This document shows, piece after piece, positions 28,031 through 41,015 of a stretch of DNA of 64,000 bases. The notes under the pieces are model-generated. The model saw only the letters and a program-made list of their open reading frames with translations. It did no database searches and was not told the DNA's origin. This stretch comes from Camelus dromedarius (taxonomy: Eukaryota). Location: NCBI RefSeq assembly GCF_036321535.1, contig NC_087447.1, positions 48,114,001 to 48,178,000 on the forward strand, in the 5' to 3' direction. The position numbers and the translations under genes were made by a program. Numbering within the stretch: position 1 is the stretch's first letter; the number at the start of each line of letters is the position of its first letter.

Positions 28031-28038
28031 AAAATGTC

Positions 28039-28163
28039 GGGGGTGGGTGGTGTATAGCTCAAGTGGCAGAGCACATGCTTAGCATGCACAAGGTCCTGAG
28101 CTCAATCCCCACTACCTCCTCCAAAAATAAATAAATAAGCCTAATTACCTCCCCCCTCAAAAT
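28039..28163 (+). mobile_element. tRNA-Ala-derived camelid SINE; its first 25 bp are duplicated at 27379-27403
   Basis: tRNA-like head and family tail. Confidence 0.88.
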
Positions 28164-28334
28164 AGAGTTAATTAAGGTACCATATGCTTTGCATGCTATG
28201 AAGAGCTGACAGCAGTGAGGGTTGTTACTGACAAAGGTCAGAATAGATTTAGGAACATTTATGTTTAGGAGGATTCTTTACACAAATCTGCTGAAGTTCC
28301 TAAACATAACCAAAAAAAAAAAAAAAAAAGCAAC

Positions 28335-28795
28335 TATAGTGGGTTGAATTGTGTCTCCCAAAAAGATATGTCCAAGTCCTGACCCCTATCCCTGCATATC
28401 TGTGAATGTGGCCTCATTTTGTAGGAGGATCTTGGCAGTTAAGAAGGCAGAATGAGATCAGTTCTGGATTTAAATTGACCCTAAATCCAGTGAGTGGTGT
28501 CTTTATAAAGAGAAAGGAGGGGAGATTTGAGACAGAGACACCAAGGGAAAAGCCATGTGAAGTTAGAGGCAGAGATTAGGGATGTGGCCCTGAGCCAAGG
28601 TACATCAAGCATTAGCCTCCAGAAGCTAGAAGACAGGCATGGAGTATTCTCCTTCAGACTCTCCAGAAGGAACCAACCCTGCCAACACCTTGATTTCACC
28701 TTCTGGCCTCCACAACTGTGAGAGAATATATTTCTGCTATTTTAAGCCACTCAGTTTGTGGCAATTTGTTAAGAAAGCACTAGGAAACTAATACA
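28335..28795 (+). mobile_element. MaLR solo LTR (MLT1B/C-like)
   Basis: gggttgaattgtgtc start, ggaaactaataca end. Confidence 0.85.
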
Positions 28796-29288
28796 CCAAT
28801 TAAGCTGGAAACCCAGATAATTGAGTAATTAGCAAATATTTTAAGTCCCCCAAGTAGATTCAGAGAAGACTATTTGGGGAAATTTTTTATCAGTTTCATT
28901 TAATATGTCATCTCTAACAGCAACTATGGAAAATTAGTATTAACAGTCATTATCTTTGAATCTGTGTCTTTTCTCCTCTTAACATTTTTTCCACTCTTAG
29001 CTCTTGCCCTGCCTCCTGCGATGGCTCATACTTTGAATTAATGTGAAGAATTCTGGTGTCATACAAAGTGCATAGATATGAGGAGGCCAGATCTGGGTTC
29101 AGATTCCAGCTCAGTCACTTAGAGGCATGACATTGGGGAAGTCATTTCTCCTTACAGAATCTCGAAGTCATCGATTGTAAGACGTGACTACAATATCTCC
29201 CTTATGGGGTAAAATGAGTTAATTCATGGAAAACCCAGTGCTTGACCTAGGAATTTCATAACTTTGCCTTGTCCAAAAAGCAAAAGAG

Positions 29289-29334
29289 ACCTTCCTTTCC
29301 TTCCTTCCTACCTTCCTTCCTTCCTTCCTTCCTT
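29289..29334. repeat. (CCTT)n microsatellite
   Basis: Direct reading. Confidence 0.9.
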
Positions 29335-30621
29335 ATGTATGGATAGTGGGGGAGGGGGAGAGAGGGACCCCCCCCCCCATTTTCATTTCAACTAGAATGT
29401 GGGAAAAACTTCCACAGAAAAGGTAAGAACAAAGGGCTTCTATTCCCAGAAGAGCTGAGTTTCCTTCAAGTAGGGTCTGTGGACCCCTGTGGAAGAAGAT
29501 GGACCATGCTGAATATTTATTCATTACTCATTCAGCTTAAGGTACTGATGCCAGATCCTTTACTGGTGCCAGGGGCCCCAGAGTGAATCGAACATGGTCT
29601 TGTCCCCAAAGAGCTTATAGTCTAGGGGGATCTGCTGACAGACAGTTACATCCCAGTGTGATCAATGTCATGGTGGGAGAACGTGAGGGACTGTGGGAGC
29701 CCAGGCGGATCACCTAACCCAGGCTAAGAGCTCAAGTATGAGGACAGTGTTGCCACCTGCAGATTGTGAAGGCCAGGATTTGTGTCTGTTTTGTTTACTG
29801 CTGTATCCCCAGCACAGTAACAGTGCCATGCACATAGAAATCACTCAGTAACATTTGCCAAGTGAATGAATATAAATTGTCACATTGCACAGGATCTTGT
29901 GCCCCTACAAAGCCACTCCACCCCCGACTCCCACAGGTATAATCTCATGTCCATTCATTTACTCATTCATCGACCTTTTGCTGACTATCCACAATTTGCC
30001 AGATACCATGCTGGATTCTGAGTTGTGAGTTGTGAGTTGTGAGCCAAAAGACAATTTCATGAAATTCACTCTTTAGGAAAAGAAAAAAGTTCCACATGTA
30101 ACCCCCACGCTCCCTCAACCATGGCCCAGCTCCTCTGGGCTAAGTGTTGATGTCCCCTTAGCTCGGTGTCAGGCTCCAGGAAAGCACCAGACTCCATTCA
30201 GAAGAGGACCAGTGGGTCCTCTCCCAAGTTCTGTGCTGTGCACAGTCATCTGGGCCCCAAGGCTGTGAGGGCTCTTGTACCTGGAGCTACAACAAGCCTC
30301 CCCTCCAGTTTCTGATTTGGCCCTGCTAACCTCTTCCATCAAGGATCGCCAGCAAAGTAAGCCCCTTGCACTGCCAAAGAAATAGGTGCCCTGCATAGCC
30401 ATTCCTGCAATAGCTGCTCAGACGTGGGAATGAGGCGGGGCAAGAAAGGGGTCACTTGCACCTTAGTCCTCAAATTCCATTCTAGACTGAGATCCTTTAG
30501 GGACGTTTACCACAGCGGAGACCCTTGAATTCTACCCTGAAGGACAAGGAAGAACTCAGCAGACAGTGAATGGCCCTGTGGGAGGCAGAAGTAGCACGCT
30601 CTGAATTCAGGAAATCTTAAA

Positions 30622-31117
30622 TCAGGGGTTCTTAACCATTTTCGTGCCATGGACCCTTTAGGCAGACTGGTGGCGAAGACTATTAGAACACCTCTCAAAA
30701 TAATGATTTTAAGTGCACAACATAAAATACATAGGATTGCAAAAAAATACATTTATACTGAAATATGTTATCAAAATATTTTAAAATTTGATCAGTAATA
30801 CATATGTTTATTAACAAAGTAAATAAGATCTCACAGCCCATTTAATAACTGCCACAATTTCAAAGTAGTGATGAACACAGACAATTTTTCAAGAAATCTG
30901 CAACAACAGTAATGTGATATGGAAACGTCTGTGATTTCTGTTGGTGACAAAGTCACCAGTACTGCTAATTCTACTGTGGTTTGTTACCTGTTTTAAAAAT
31001 GGAAGGAAACACTAAATTTCCACAAAGATTAAGGATTATAAAAATGTAACTTTCCCATCCAAGGTCACAGACCCCTGAGTTCTCTTTTTGGACTCACAGG
31101 CCCCAGGATAAGAACTT
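30622..31117 (+). mobile_element. hAT-Charlie non-autonomous element (MER119/Charlie7-like)
   Basis: Termini caggggttcttaacc ... ggataagaac; a related inverted copy lies at 41.84-42.32 kb. Confidence 0.7.
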
Positions 31118-33369
31118 CTCTCTCAAGTGGTTAGACGAGAACTTTGAGTATGTGGGAAGGAATGACAAAGTTTGGGGGCTGTGTCTGTGATAGTAATTTT
31201 TAATGGAGAGTGGGGTTGAAGAGGTAGTTGAATGCAGTTGGCAGAGACTAAGGAGCCAGACAGAATTGAATTCCAGTCCTCCTCCCCTCCACTATCCTAG
31301 CATCAGCCCAAGCTGTGTGACCTTGGGCAAGTCATTTCTCCTTTCTGCAAAACGCAGATACTCACACATGTCTCACAGGACTATTCTGAGAGTCTAATGT
31401 CAATTTCTCTTTAACCCTTAAGCTCTGTACTGAGACAAGGATTTTGCATTTTGTTTTATTTTGTTTGTTTACAACTGTATTCTTTTGATTCTTTATGAAG
31501 GAGGCAAGCTCCAGAAAGATTGGCAAAAGGCACTTGTGGATGACAGGGATAAATGGAGCAGAGTGGACAAGATCAGGCGAGGAGAAGTTGTCTCAGAATG
31601 GAGCAATCTTAGCACTTCTCGGGGAATATACTTTAGTTAAGCAAAACTGTGCAGAGAGAGCAGGACTGAGGCAAGAAAACCTCCAGGAGGAAAAAGCCTG
31701 GAAACCAGGACACCCCCCGCCCCCGCAAAGGCTGGGGCTCTGCCCAAATGCCCATGGCCTGCCACGTTGTTGTTAATGAAGTTCAAGAGACGGAAAAGCT
31801 CTGAGAACTGAATAACAACCACCTGAGTACCCACTAGTACGCTCTCATTGTGGGCTTAAGTGGGGGTTGGTTCTTTTTTTCCCTAATTTTAGGAAGTCTT
31901 TATATATTATGGACAATCATTCTTTGTCAGTCAAAACTGATTTCAAAGAGGAGAAATCTGTGCTCCCAGACCAAATACATTCTTTCTGGCTCTCATATTT
32001 TCTTCTAGGCATTTTGTTTGGTCCTAAATTTCCCTTGAAATATTCTAATCCTTAACTGGATGGATTAAGGGAAGAGAAATTTGTCTGCTTCTCACCCAAG
32101 ACAGCCTGGGAGGCTGTTTTCTGGAAAGGCCAAGAAAGGATTATGTTGGGGGCAGCAGGGGGGGACGGGGGGTGTTAAGCAGTGGAGGAAAGAAGGCCAG
32201 AGCCTTCGAGGGTCGTGAAAGAGAGGAGATTCCCAGAACTGGGAAGGTCTGGGGATTGGACATGTGTGTGGTCTGCTCTCTGGAAGTGAAGGAGAGACAA
32301 CATAGGGTAGACAGAATTATGCTGGTATCCACTAAGCATGGGAAGGGGATGCCCCAAATATTTTCCTTATGTAGTATCCCAGATCCTTTGTAAGGGAAGG
32401 AACACAAATAATAAACAGGATATAAGTTCTGAGTTGGACTTAATTTGATTTAAATTGAATAAAGTAATATGTCATTTCTTACTGCCCTAAGCTTGTGGAG
32501 TAATATTCATACCCACTACATAATCAACAGAAAATAGTAACACTGACAACAGCTAAATTTCACACAGTGAAATTACTTATTGACTAAAAATTGATGGAAA
32601 AATCAAATACATCTTCTTGACCAAGTGTAGATCTGCAAAATTTGTCCCAGGAAGAGTGGACTTGATAGAACATAGGAATAATGACGACAGAAGATAACTT
32701 ATGAGGGCAGAAGCTATAATTATTAAACTATGATATGGAGTTTTTAAATTGACTAACTCAAATCATTATTATACAATTTATACAAAAATTATTTTTCAGA
32801 TGAGGATAATTGTAGTTCAATTTAAGTGAAAATGGTTAAGTTGGAAATAGATGTAATAGTTTGTGTAGAAAAATCAAAGGTATTGAATTGACCTAATGGC
32901 ATTTGTTCTGGGAAATATTTTCTCAGTGAAAAGTAATCAATATGATATAACTCCATCTAAAAAATCTGTATTCATAAACACAAGGCAAAAACATCCTTAG
33001 GGTCTAAACAAGGGACCAAATATCCTGACCTCTCTGCTGAAGCTCCAAGAGAGAAAATAGAAAAGGAGACAGGCCTTTGCTGATCTGCATTTTATCAAGA
33101 TTTCTTTGATTCTTCCATCATCTTTTTTCATCAATAAAAAAGCTCACTGTGTGCCATTTCACCATTGTAACTTTTATTTCTTCTGGTGATTATGCAGTGG
33201 TCAGTGCCCATGTAGTAAAGGCCTCTGCCTTGGGGCCCTACCACTTAACATTCTCTTGGTCCATCCATTTCTCCGTCTGTCCACTCGGCAGTTATTCGCC
33301 AAACACCTACTCTGTGCCAATAACTTTCAGTTCTTTTGATGCTCTTCTATTTTGTTTTCTATTTTATTA

Positions 33370-34045
33370 ACTTTTTCTGTTATCTTTATAATTTTTCTTC
33401 CTTTACTTTTTTTGAATTTAATTTCTGGATGTTTTTCTTAACTCCTACTTCCTAGGATAACTTCCTAATCTCAAATAGGTAGATATTTAGTTAATTGATT
33501 TTCAGCCATTTTCTCCTTCCAATATATGCGTTTAAAACCATACATTTCACTCTAAGCATAGCTTTAGCTTTATTCCTTGAGATTTGACATATTGTATTTT
33601 CATTATCATTTGACAATTTTGATTAAGTTATTTTCTAATTTCTATTGTGATCTATTTCTTGATCTGTGGATTATTTAGCATTATACTGTTCAATTTCCAA
33701 ACATCGGGGGATTTTCTAGGTCTTTCTTTCTTACTTTTTTAATTACTAGCAGAAGCCAACTGTGGCCATTGAGCATACTCTACATGATTTAGGTCTTTGA
33801 AATTTGGTTAAACTTATGTTATTTTCCAGCATATCAATAAATATTCCATGTATGCTTGAAAAGAATATGTATTCTATGGTTATTGAATCCAGTGTTCTAT
33901 ATATGTCAATTCGGTTAACATTTTTAACATGTTTTCTGAATCTTCTTTGTCCTTATTGATTTTTTAATTTGCATATTCTAACAGGTACTGGGAGAATTGT
34001 GTTAAAATTTCCCACCATATTACAGATTTGTTTATTTCTCCTTGA
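33370..34045 (-). mobile_element. Ancient LINE-1 ORF2 fragment (L1M/L1ME-like)
   Basis: T-rich; recognisable motifs such as atattccatgtatgcttgaaaagaatatgtattct. Confidence 0.7.
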
Positions 34046-34049
34046 GAAA

Positions 34050-34505
34050 GACGCCCTGTCCTAGAGGCTCTCACAATTGAGTATGAGGGCTGACATATAA
34101 GTAGACAATAATTGTGAGTATGTGTTTAGACATTCTGGCAGAGAGAAACCCAGGGAACACCCAATGTTTTGGTCATCCTGAACTTCTGGAAGTGGAGTGG
34201 TTTCTGTCTCACTCTCTCTTTGATCACTTGCTCTGAAAGATGCCAGCTGCCATGTCATGAGAACGGATTCACATTATGAGGAACTGAGACCTCCTGCCAA
34301 CAGCCAAGCTTCTTGTCAAGCTTCAGATGCCTGCAGCCCTGTCTGGGGTCTTGACTGCAACCTCATGAGAACCTGGAGCCAGAATCACCTTGTTAAGCCA
34401 CTTCCAAATTTTTGACCACAGAAAATATGTGAGACAATGGTTGTCTAATATTTTAAGCCACTAAGTTTTGGGGTAATTTCTCATGCAGAAATAGATAATT
34501 TATAC
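34050..34505 (+). mobile_element. MaLR LTR fragment (MLT1-like)
   Basis: gccagctgccatgtcatgag ... ttttaagccactaagttttggggtaattt. Confidence 0.7.
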
Positions 34506-35169
34506 TCCCCCTTGGACTGCTTATAGTTGAACTGTTAAAGATCTATTTCTGTCACATAGGATCACTGTTCTAGTAGTTGAACTTATATCACTGCTAATGC
34601 AAAACTGTCCCTCTGATTGAGACATTTCTTGAGCACCACCACACATCTTGCCCCTTCACCTGCCTAGCTCATTCATCCTCCAGGACTCACCTCTTCTGTC
34701 TCCATCTCTAAGAAGCCTCTTGTTCCCAGGGACAGAGAGCCCCTACATTTTTCTCTGCAACAGCTCTGGTCACTCCAAGTAGTGACCAACTCCTTCCACA
34801 TTTGCCTTCTGTAGAAAATGATGTTCACCTTGAAGCAGGACCCTAGGCACAGAGCCAGGCATGAAACAGGTAGAGAGAGTCAGTTTACTGACTGAATAAG
34901 TTAGGAAACAGCTTCTCATTCCTAAGGGCATTGGTGAATTTGGAGGTCCTCTGTGGAATGAAGCTCCTGTACCCATGGGATCTTCAGTGAGCTTAGTAAG
35001 GACTCAAAGAACCCTTAGGAAACTCCTTTGTTAGGCCCATGACCAACTCAGAAGACAGATAACTCTCAAGGACACTTCCAGAAATGTTCCTGGGATTCAT
35101 AATTATAAACAAAAAAACATGACAATAATTTCTAGCCATTAAGAGAAAAAATTTATTTTAAAATATGGA

Positions 35170-36450
35170 AATAAACACTCAAAAAGATACTCAACACCAT
35201 TAGTCATTAGGGACATACAAGTCAAAACCACAATGAGATACCACTTCAAACTCACTAGGATGGCTAATAATTATAAAGATAGATAATAACAAGTGTTTGC
35301 AAGGATGTGGAGAAATTGGAAACCCCATATATTGTTGGTAGGAATGTAAAATGGTGCAGCTGCTTTGGAATAGGCCAGCAGGTCCTCATAAAGTTAAACA
35401 TAGAATTACCATATAAGCCAACAATTCCACTCCTAGATATATACCCAAGAGAAATTAAAACATATGTCCACACAAAAATATGTACATGAATATTCATAGC
35501 AGCACTACTCACAATAGCCGAAAAGTGGAAACAACCCAAATGTTCATCAACTAATGAATGAATAAACAAAATATGGTATATCCATACAATGGAATGTTAT
35601 TTGGAATAAAAAGTAGTGGAGCACTGACACAACATATCATAACATGGATGCACCTTGACAACATTATGCTATGTGAGAGAAACTAGTCACAAAAGATGAT
35701 ACATTATATCATTATACTCATATGAAATGTCCAGAGTAGGTAAATCCATAAATATGGACAGTAGATATAAGTAGATGTAGTGGTTGCCTGGGCTGAGAGG
35801 GTATTGTGGTTGAATTGTCCCCCACAAAGATGTGTTCAAGTCTTAACCCCTAGTACCTCTGCATATGACCCTACTTGGAAATAGGGTCTTTGCAGATATA
35901 ATTAAGATGAGGTCATACTAGTGTAGAGTAGGTTCTTTATCTACTACGAATGATGTCTTTATAAGAAGAGAAGAGACACACACAGAGAAAGAATGCCACG
36001 TGAAAACATGACACATAGGGAGATTGTCCTGTGACAACGGAGGCAGCAACCGGAGTGATGCACCTACAAGCCAAGGACCACCAAGAATTGCTGACAACAG
36101 GAGAAGGTAAGAGAAAGGCATGGAACAGATGCTCACCTAGAGCCTGCAGAGAGTGTGTGGTGCAGCCAGCACCTTGATTTTGGACTCCTAGCCTCCAGAA
36201 CTGTGAGAGAATAAATTGTTGGTACTTTAAGCCCCCCAGTTTGTGGTACTTTGTTATGGCAGCCTTACCACATGGGTACAGGGGACTGGCGGGAAGCAGG
36301 AGTGGCTGCTAAAGGATCCAGGCTTTCTTTGTGGGGTGGTGAAAATGTCCTAAAACTGATTGTGGTGATGGTTGTACCACTCTGTGAACATAGTCAAAAC
36401 CGTTGAAATGTTTATTGAGACATATCTCAATAAACACATTACATTTAAAG
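35170..36450 (+). mobile_element. Old LINE-1 (L1MB/MC-like) 3' region interrupted by a MaLR LTR
   Basis: L1 ORF2 motifs (ELPYKPTIPLLDIYPRE); 3' UTR resumes after 36280. Confidence 0.85.
35801..36280 (+). mobile_element. MaLR solo LTR (MLT1B/C-like)
   Basis: ggttgaattgtccccc start; cagcaccttgattttggactcctagcctccagaactgtgagagaataaa; similar to 28335-28795. Confidence 0.85.
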
Positions 36451-37212
36451 AACAAAAAATGCTATCAGGGATCTCACAGAATCAACAAGAGGCCTAGAGA
36501 AGCAGGTATGGAGTCAGGAATATCACCTTAAACCACATAAAGCTGGTCTGGGGAGAACCCCACAGTTGCTTTTTCTAACCCTAGCCACTACAGACTTTTA
36601 AAAATTATTATTAAATAAAGCAGGTCCTCTTTTTTTTTTTAATCAACTTAATGTATAATTTACATACAACAAACTGCACCCATTTTGTTGTTTTGACCCA
36701 TAGTTTGATGAGTCTGAAAAATGCATAGATCCCATGTAACCACTGTCACAATCAAAATAAAAAATATTTCCATCACCACCAAAAGTTTCCTTGTGCCCCT
36801 TTACAGGGAATTCCTCCTCCATCGCCAGCCCCAGGCAAATACTGATCTGCATCCTGCCCACTTCCTGAGCTTGGTTGTCCAACCTTCCCATCAATTCTGT
36901 GAACTACCTGACACACTTCCAATCAATTACCTTCCTTAAGTGAGCCAGGATTGGTGTCTGTGTTCACAATCAAGCATCATGACTGATAAAACAGGGAGAG
37001 CGCGAGTAAGGAGGAAGCAAGAGAAAAATAACTTAGAAAAAACATATCCATTCTGAATCCACTTACATAATGTTCAAAAACAGAAGAAAACAACTGATAT
37101 AAATATATTACATGTTATATAATATTATATGTATTATATTATAAATAGCATAATTTAGAGATACATCCCTATTTGGTAAAACCAAAGAAAACAAAGGGCA
37201 CGTTTGGGATAG

Positions 37213-38550
37213 TCCAGATTATGATTTAGCAAATGTTCACTGTACTTCCCTCGGCTGTGAAGGCATGTACTTCCTGGCCCCACCGAGGCTGGGCTTGGCC
37301 ACATGACTTGCTTCGGCCAGTGCAATGTTAGCAGATATGACATGAACAGTGCCTTAAATGTGCTCGTGCTGTTGGTTGCGGCTCTCATACTTCAGTGAGC
37401 TACCAACAGAAGAATAGGTAGACTCTGATCCAAGCAGGATGAGAGACATATAGAGCAGACCGTATCCAAAAATCCAGCCAACCCACAACCTGAAGCAGAG
37501 CCGCCCCACCACACCCAGCCTAGATTAGTGCAAAGCAGTTAACCTGTGGACCCCAAGAGGGAGAAAAAGGCTCACTGAATTTTGAGGCAGTATGTGGCAT
37601 TTTTGGCAACAAATGACTAATAGGGTGAATAACAGCAAACTCAGGAAGGGAAAGGAAGGGATGTGATCAGGGCTTCAAAGTATTAGTAATGCTCTAGTTT
37701 TTAAGCCAAGTAGTAGATTCAGAAGTGTTCATTACATCATTATTCTTTAAACCATACACATTTATTATATATATTCTTGTTTTTTACAGTTAAAAAATAA
37801 AAGAGTGAGGGACGAGATTAGGGCCATGGCCTACGTGCTTGTGAGTGGTAGGCAGATTTGGGGGCTGGTGCAAAATAAGGATGGAAGGGGCTGGGAAGAG
37901 AAATGTGTAAAGATGGATAAAACCAGTGCAAAACGGATACAACAGAGGTTGGATCTGGATGGCAGAATATTGGGAAATTTTATTTTCTTCCTCATCCTTC
38001 TCTGGGCTTCCCAAATTTTCTCCAGTGACTTCCGTAATCAGAGGCAAGAACAAAAAATGTAATGGCAGACACAGGCAGTCACTTCCCAACAGGCCTTCTC
38101 TCTTTCTTCTCACTGACAGGATGAATCATAATTGGTATGAACCAGCCTCTGTCCCCTGCAATTGGTTTAGTGGAGCCCATGTGCCCCACTTCTGAGCAGT
38201 GGGGTGAAAGGGGAGGCCTCCTAGTGGGAGGTAGGGGCAGAATTTTAAGAAAGACTTCCCTCTCTGGTAAGAGAAAAAGAAAGAGAGAAAAGGGGGAGAG
38301 ATGTGGGAAGTTGTTGGGTAATGATGTATTTGCATCTGCAGCCGCTGCCTGACAACCATGAAGGAAGATGTTGCCAAGCAAGGGGGCTGAGGGGAGAAAT
38401 GGCAAGGTCCTGAGTGACAGGTTGAGCCGCTGAGTCAAACCACTGGCTGTTCAGCTGACTTCCTGTTAAGCAAGATTATAAAACTTTCGTGGCTTAAGTC
38501 ACTTTCTGTTGGGAAGACTCAGTTACAGCCCCAAACATCCTAATTGACAC
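37213..38550 (+). mobile_element. Two old MaLR LTR fragments (~37213-37620 and ~38110-38550)
   Basis: gggcttggccacatgacttgcttcggccag; ttaagtcactttctgttggg ... catcctaattgacac. Confidence 0.6.
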
Positions 38551-40499
38551 AGAAAATCTTTTTTAAGTGTGAGGAGAGGCATATCTGGATAGCCTTAGAG
38601 GCTCGTTTCACCCCCTAGACAGCCAGCTCAGTGTGTCTGGATGAGCCCAGTGGTGTCAGCTGCAGGGTCCTAGGAGCTCCCCCTTTCCAACAGATTCTAC
38701 ATCCTCTACAGGGGATCTTCCAATGTGAAACAGCTGTTCCCACTCTATTTGAAAGTTACTTTAAAAAAAATCATTCATGTCAGCAAAGTATATTCCTTCT
38801 CCATTTCAGCATTACCAGAAAAGGGCCCTTTCTCCTGGGACTCTGACCACAGTGCAGTGGGGTAACGAGAGTTCCACGGATTGCCTGTGCCCTACTTCTC
38901 TGCTTGTTTGTTTCCTTTATTCTGCCCTATTTTGTATCTGTACCACTGAGTAGGGCTAGTGGTGTGTGTTCCACAATTTCTTTGCATCACAAAGTGTTAA
39001 GCAAAGAGGAAACCGTAAGACAGGGACAGTCAAGGAGGCATAAAATAAAATTGATCACAGTCAATATCAACTGATTGCAATTGGCTCTGTCTGCTCAGCC
39101 AGACCTGCTCCACAAGCTGCATGCAGGGTAAAGCCACAGGTGTGCAAGGTGGGAGACAAGGCTTCAGCCTGGCAGCACCATCTACTCCTGGAGACCTCCC
39201 CAGCAGATTCACTTTCCATGGCCTTGCATCAACCAGGTCTTATCTCGAGAAATCACCAGTTCCTCCCCAAAGGGCAAGCTTATAAAAACATGTCACATCA
39301 TGTCACCAATTGTCAAAAACCCACCATAGCTTTCTATCGCACTCTATGTTCCCCTCTGTCTTTCTTCCTGTGCGGGCTCACACCAGTGGGTCATAGCTTG
39401 TGAAGTCCAGGGCATCCCTGGCCACACCTCCTGGTTTCACTGAAGCTTTGCACACACCATGCCCCTCCCACAGGACCTGAGAAGAGGGAGAAACTCCGGA
39501 GAAGTGGGATTCAGGGCTTCAGCTATGTGAGTCCACCCAGGGTCCTCCCAAATACTATGTTCTGGGGACTTCAAGGCCAGTCTCTAGCAGCTGGTTGCTC
39601 CTCAGGAGGAAACTTCAGCTGCCCTTCCCCCCTCCCCATCTTAACACATCTCCCCATGAAGGACAGGCTGCTGGTGGCAATTATCTACTAGTCATGGGAG
39701 TAAGTTTATAGGTGCTACTCAAGCCGGGGACTGTCAGCTAGAAGGGTTACTCTAAAAGTTCTGCCCAGAATGGAGCCCAGTTTATCTACTTCTTCACCTT
39801 GGCTAAAGCACTGGAAAGTCCTGCACTGACCTGGGTGCAACAACTAAATATAGCCACAAGAGGGCAGTAACACACCTTCCCAACTACCAGGGTTTGGCTT
39901 CTGCCAGGAACGTCTCAAGATGCTTTTATCCTCATAAAGCAGGAGAGCCAGATGGAGATCTGTGGTTGCCTGGTGAAGGTAAATAACTTGATGTGCCTTT
40001 AAAATGACATTCTTTAAATACCTGTTTAAATGCATATAGTGGGGAGGAAAAAAACTACTTTTCTGTTAATAAATACAGTATATGTAAGTGAAAAACAATA
40101 TCTAAAAATAGATTTGTAAGTAAATAAATCTAAATCTACTCTTTGTGGTTAGCAACTAGGAGGGGGCTTGAAGGAAGCTGGTATTCTTTCTTGATTTGGA
40201 TGCTAGTCACACAGGCATGTTCACTTTGTGAAAGTTCATCTAGCTGTACTATTATGATTTGTATACTTTCCCACAGGTATGTTATGCTTTAAGAGAAACT
40301 TATAAAATATTAATGATGGCTCAATTAAAAACTGTACTTTTTATGTTCAAAATAAGGGATTAGTGCACTGAATGTGGCATAAAAGTTTTTGAGAATAAAT
40401 AGGTAATATATTCACAAGGTTCAAAATTCAAACGACACAATAGGGTGAATGAAAATCTCTCCCCCATTCCTGTTCTTCAGCCACTCAATTCCCTCCTGT

Positions 40500-41015
40500 A
40501 ACAGTTATCTTATTGTGTAATAAATCACCACAAGACTTAGGGGCTCAAAGCAACAACCACTTATTTTCCTATGATGCTATGGTTCAATAATTTGGGCTGG
40601 ACCAAGCTGGGTAGTGCTTCAGCTGGTCTCACCTGGGTTGAACCATGCTGCTCAGTCCCTTGGCAGATGGACTGTGTCTACAAGGTATAAGATGGCCTCG
40701 CTCATGTGTGTGGCAGTTCAGGCTGTGTGTCTACTGGGCCTCTTTCTCCCTGTGGTCTCTCATCCCCAGGGATGGTGGTCGTTACATGGTGGTCTCAGGG
40801 CAGCAAGAGGGAAAGGATGGAAGCTACAAGGATTCTTAAGCCTAGGCCCAGACTCTGCCATCACTTTAGTTACGTTCTATTGATCAAAGCAAGTTAGCTG
40901 GCTAGACAGCTGTGAGTGGGGAAAAACAGACTCCATCTCTTGATGGAAGGAGCAGCAAAGCCACATAGCAAAAAGCCATGTATTCAGGGACTGGGAAGAA
41001 TTTGTGGCCATATTC
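40500..41015 (-). mobile_element. Old MaLR LTR (MLT1-like)
   Basis: taataaatcaccacaagacttag ... cagactccatctcttgatggaaggagcagcaaag. Confidence 0.65.
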
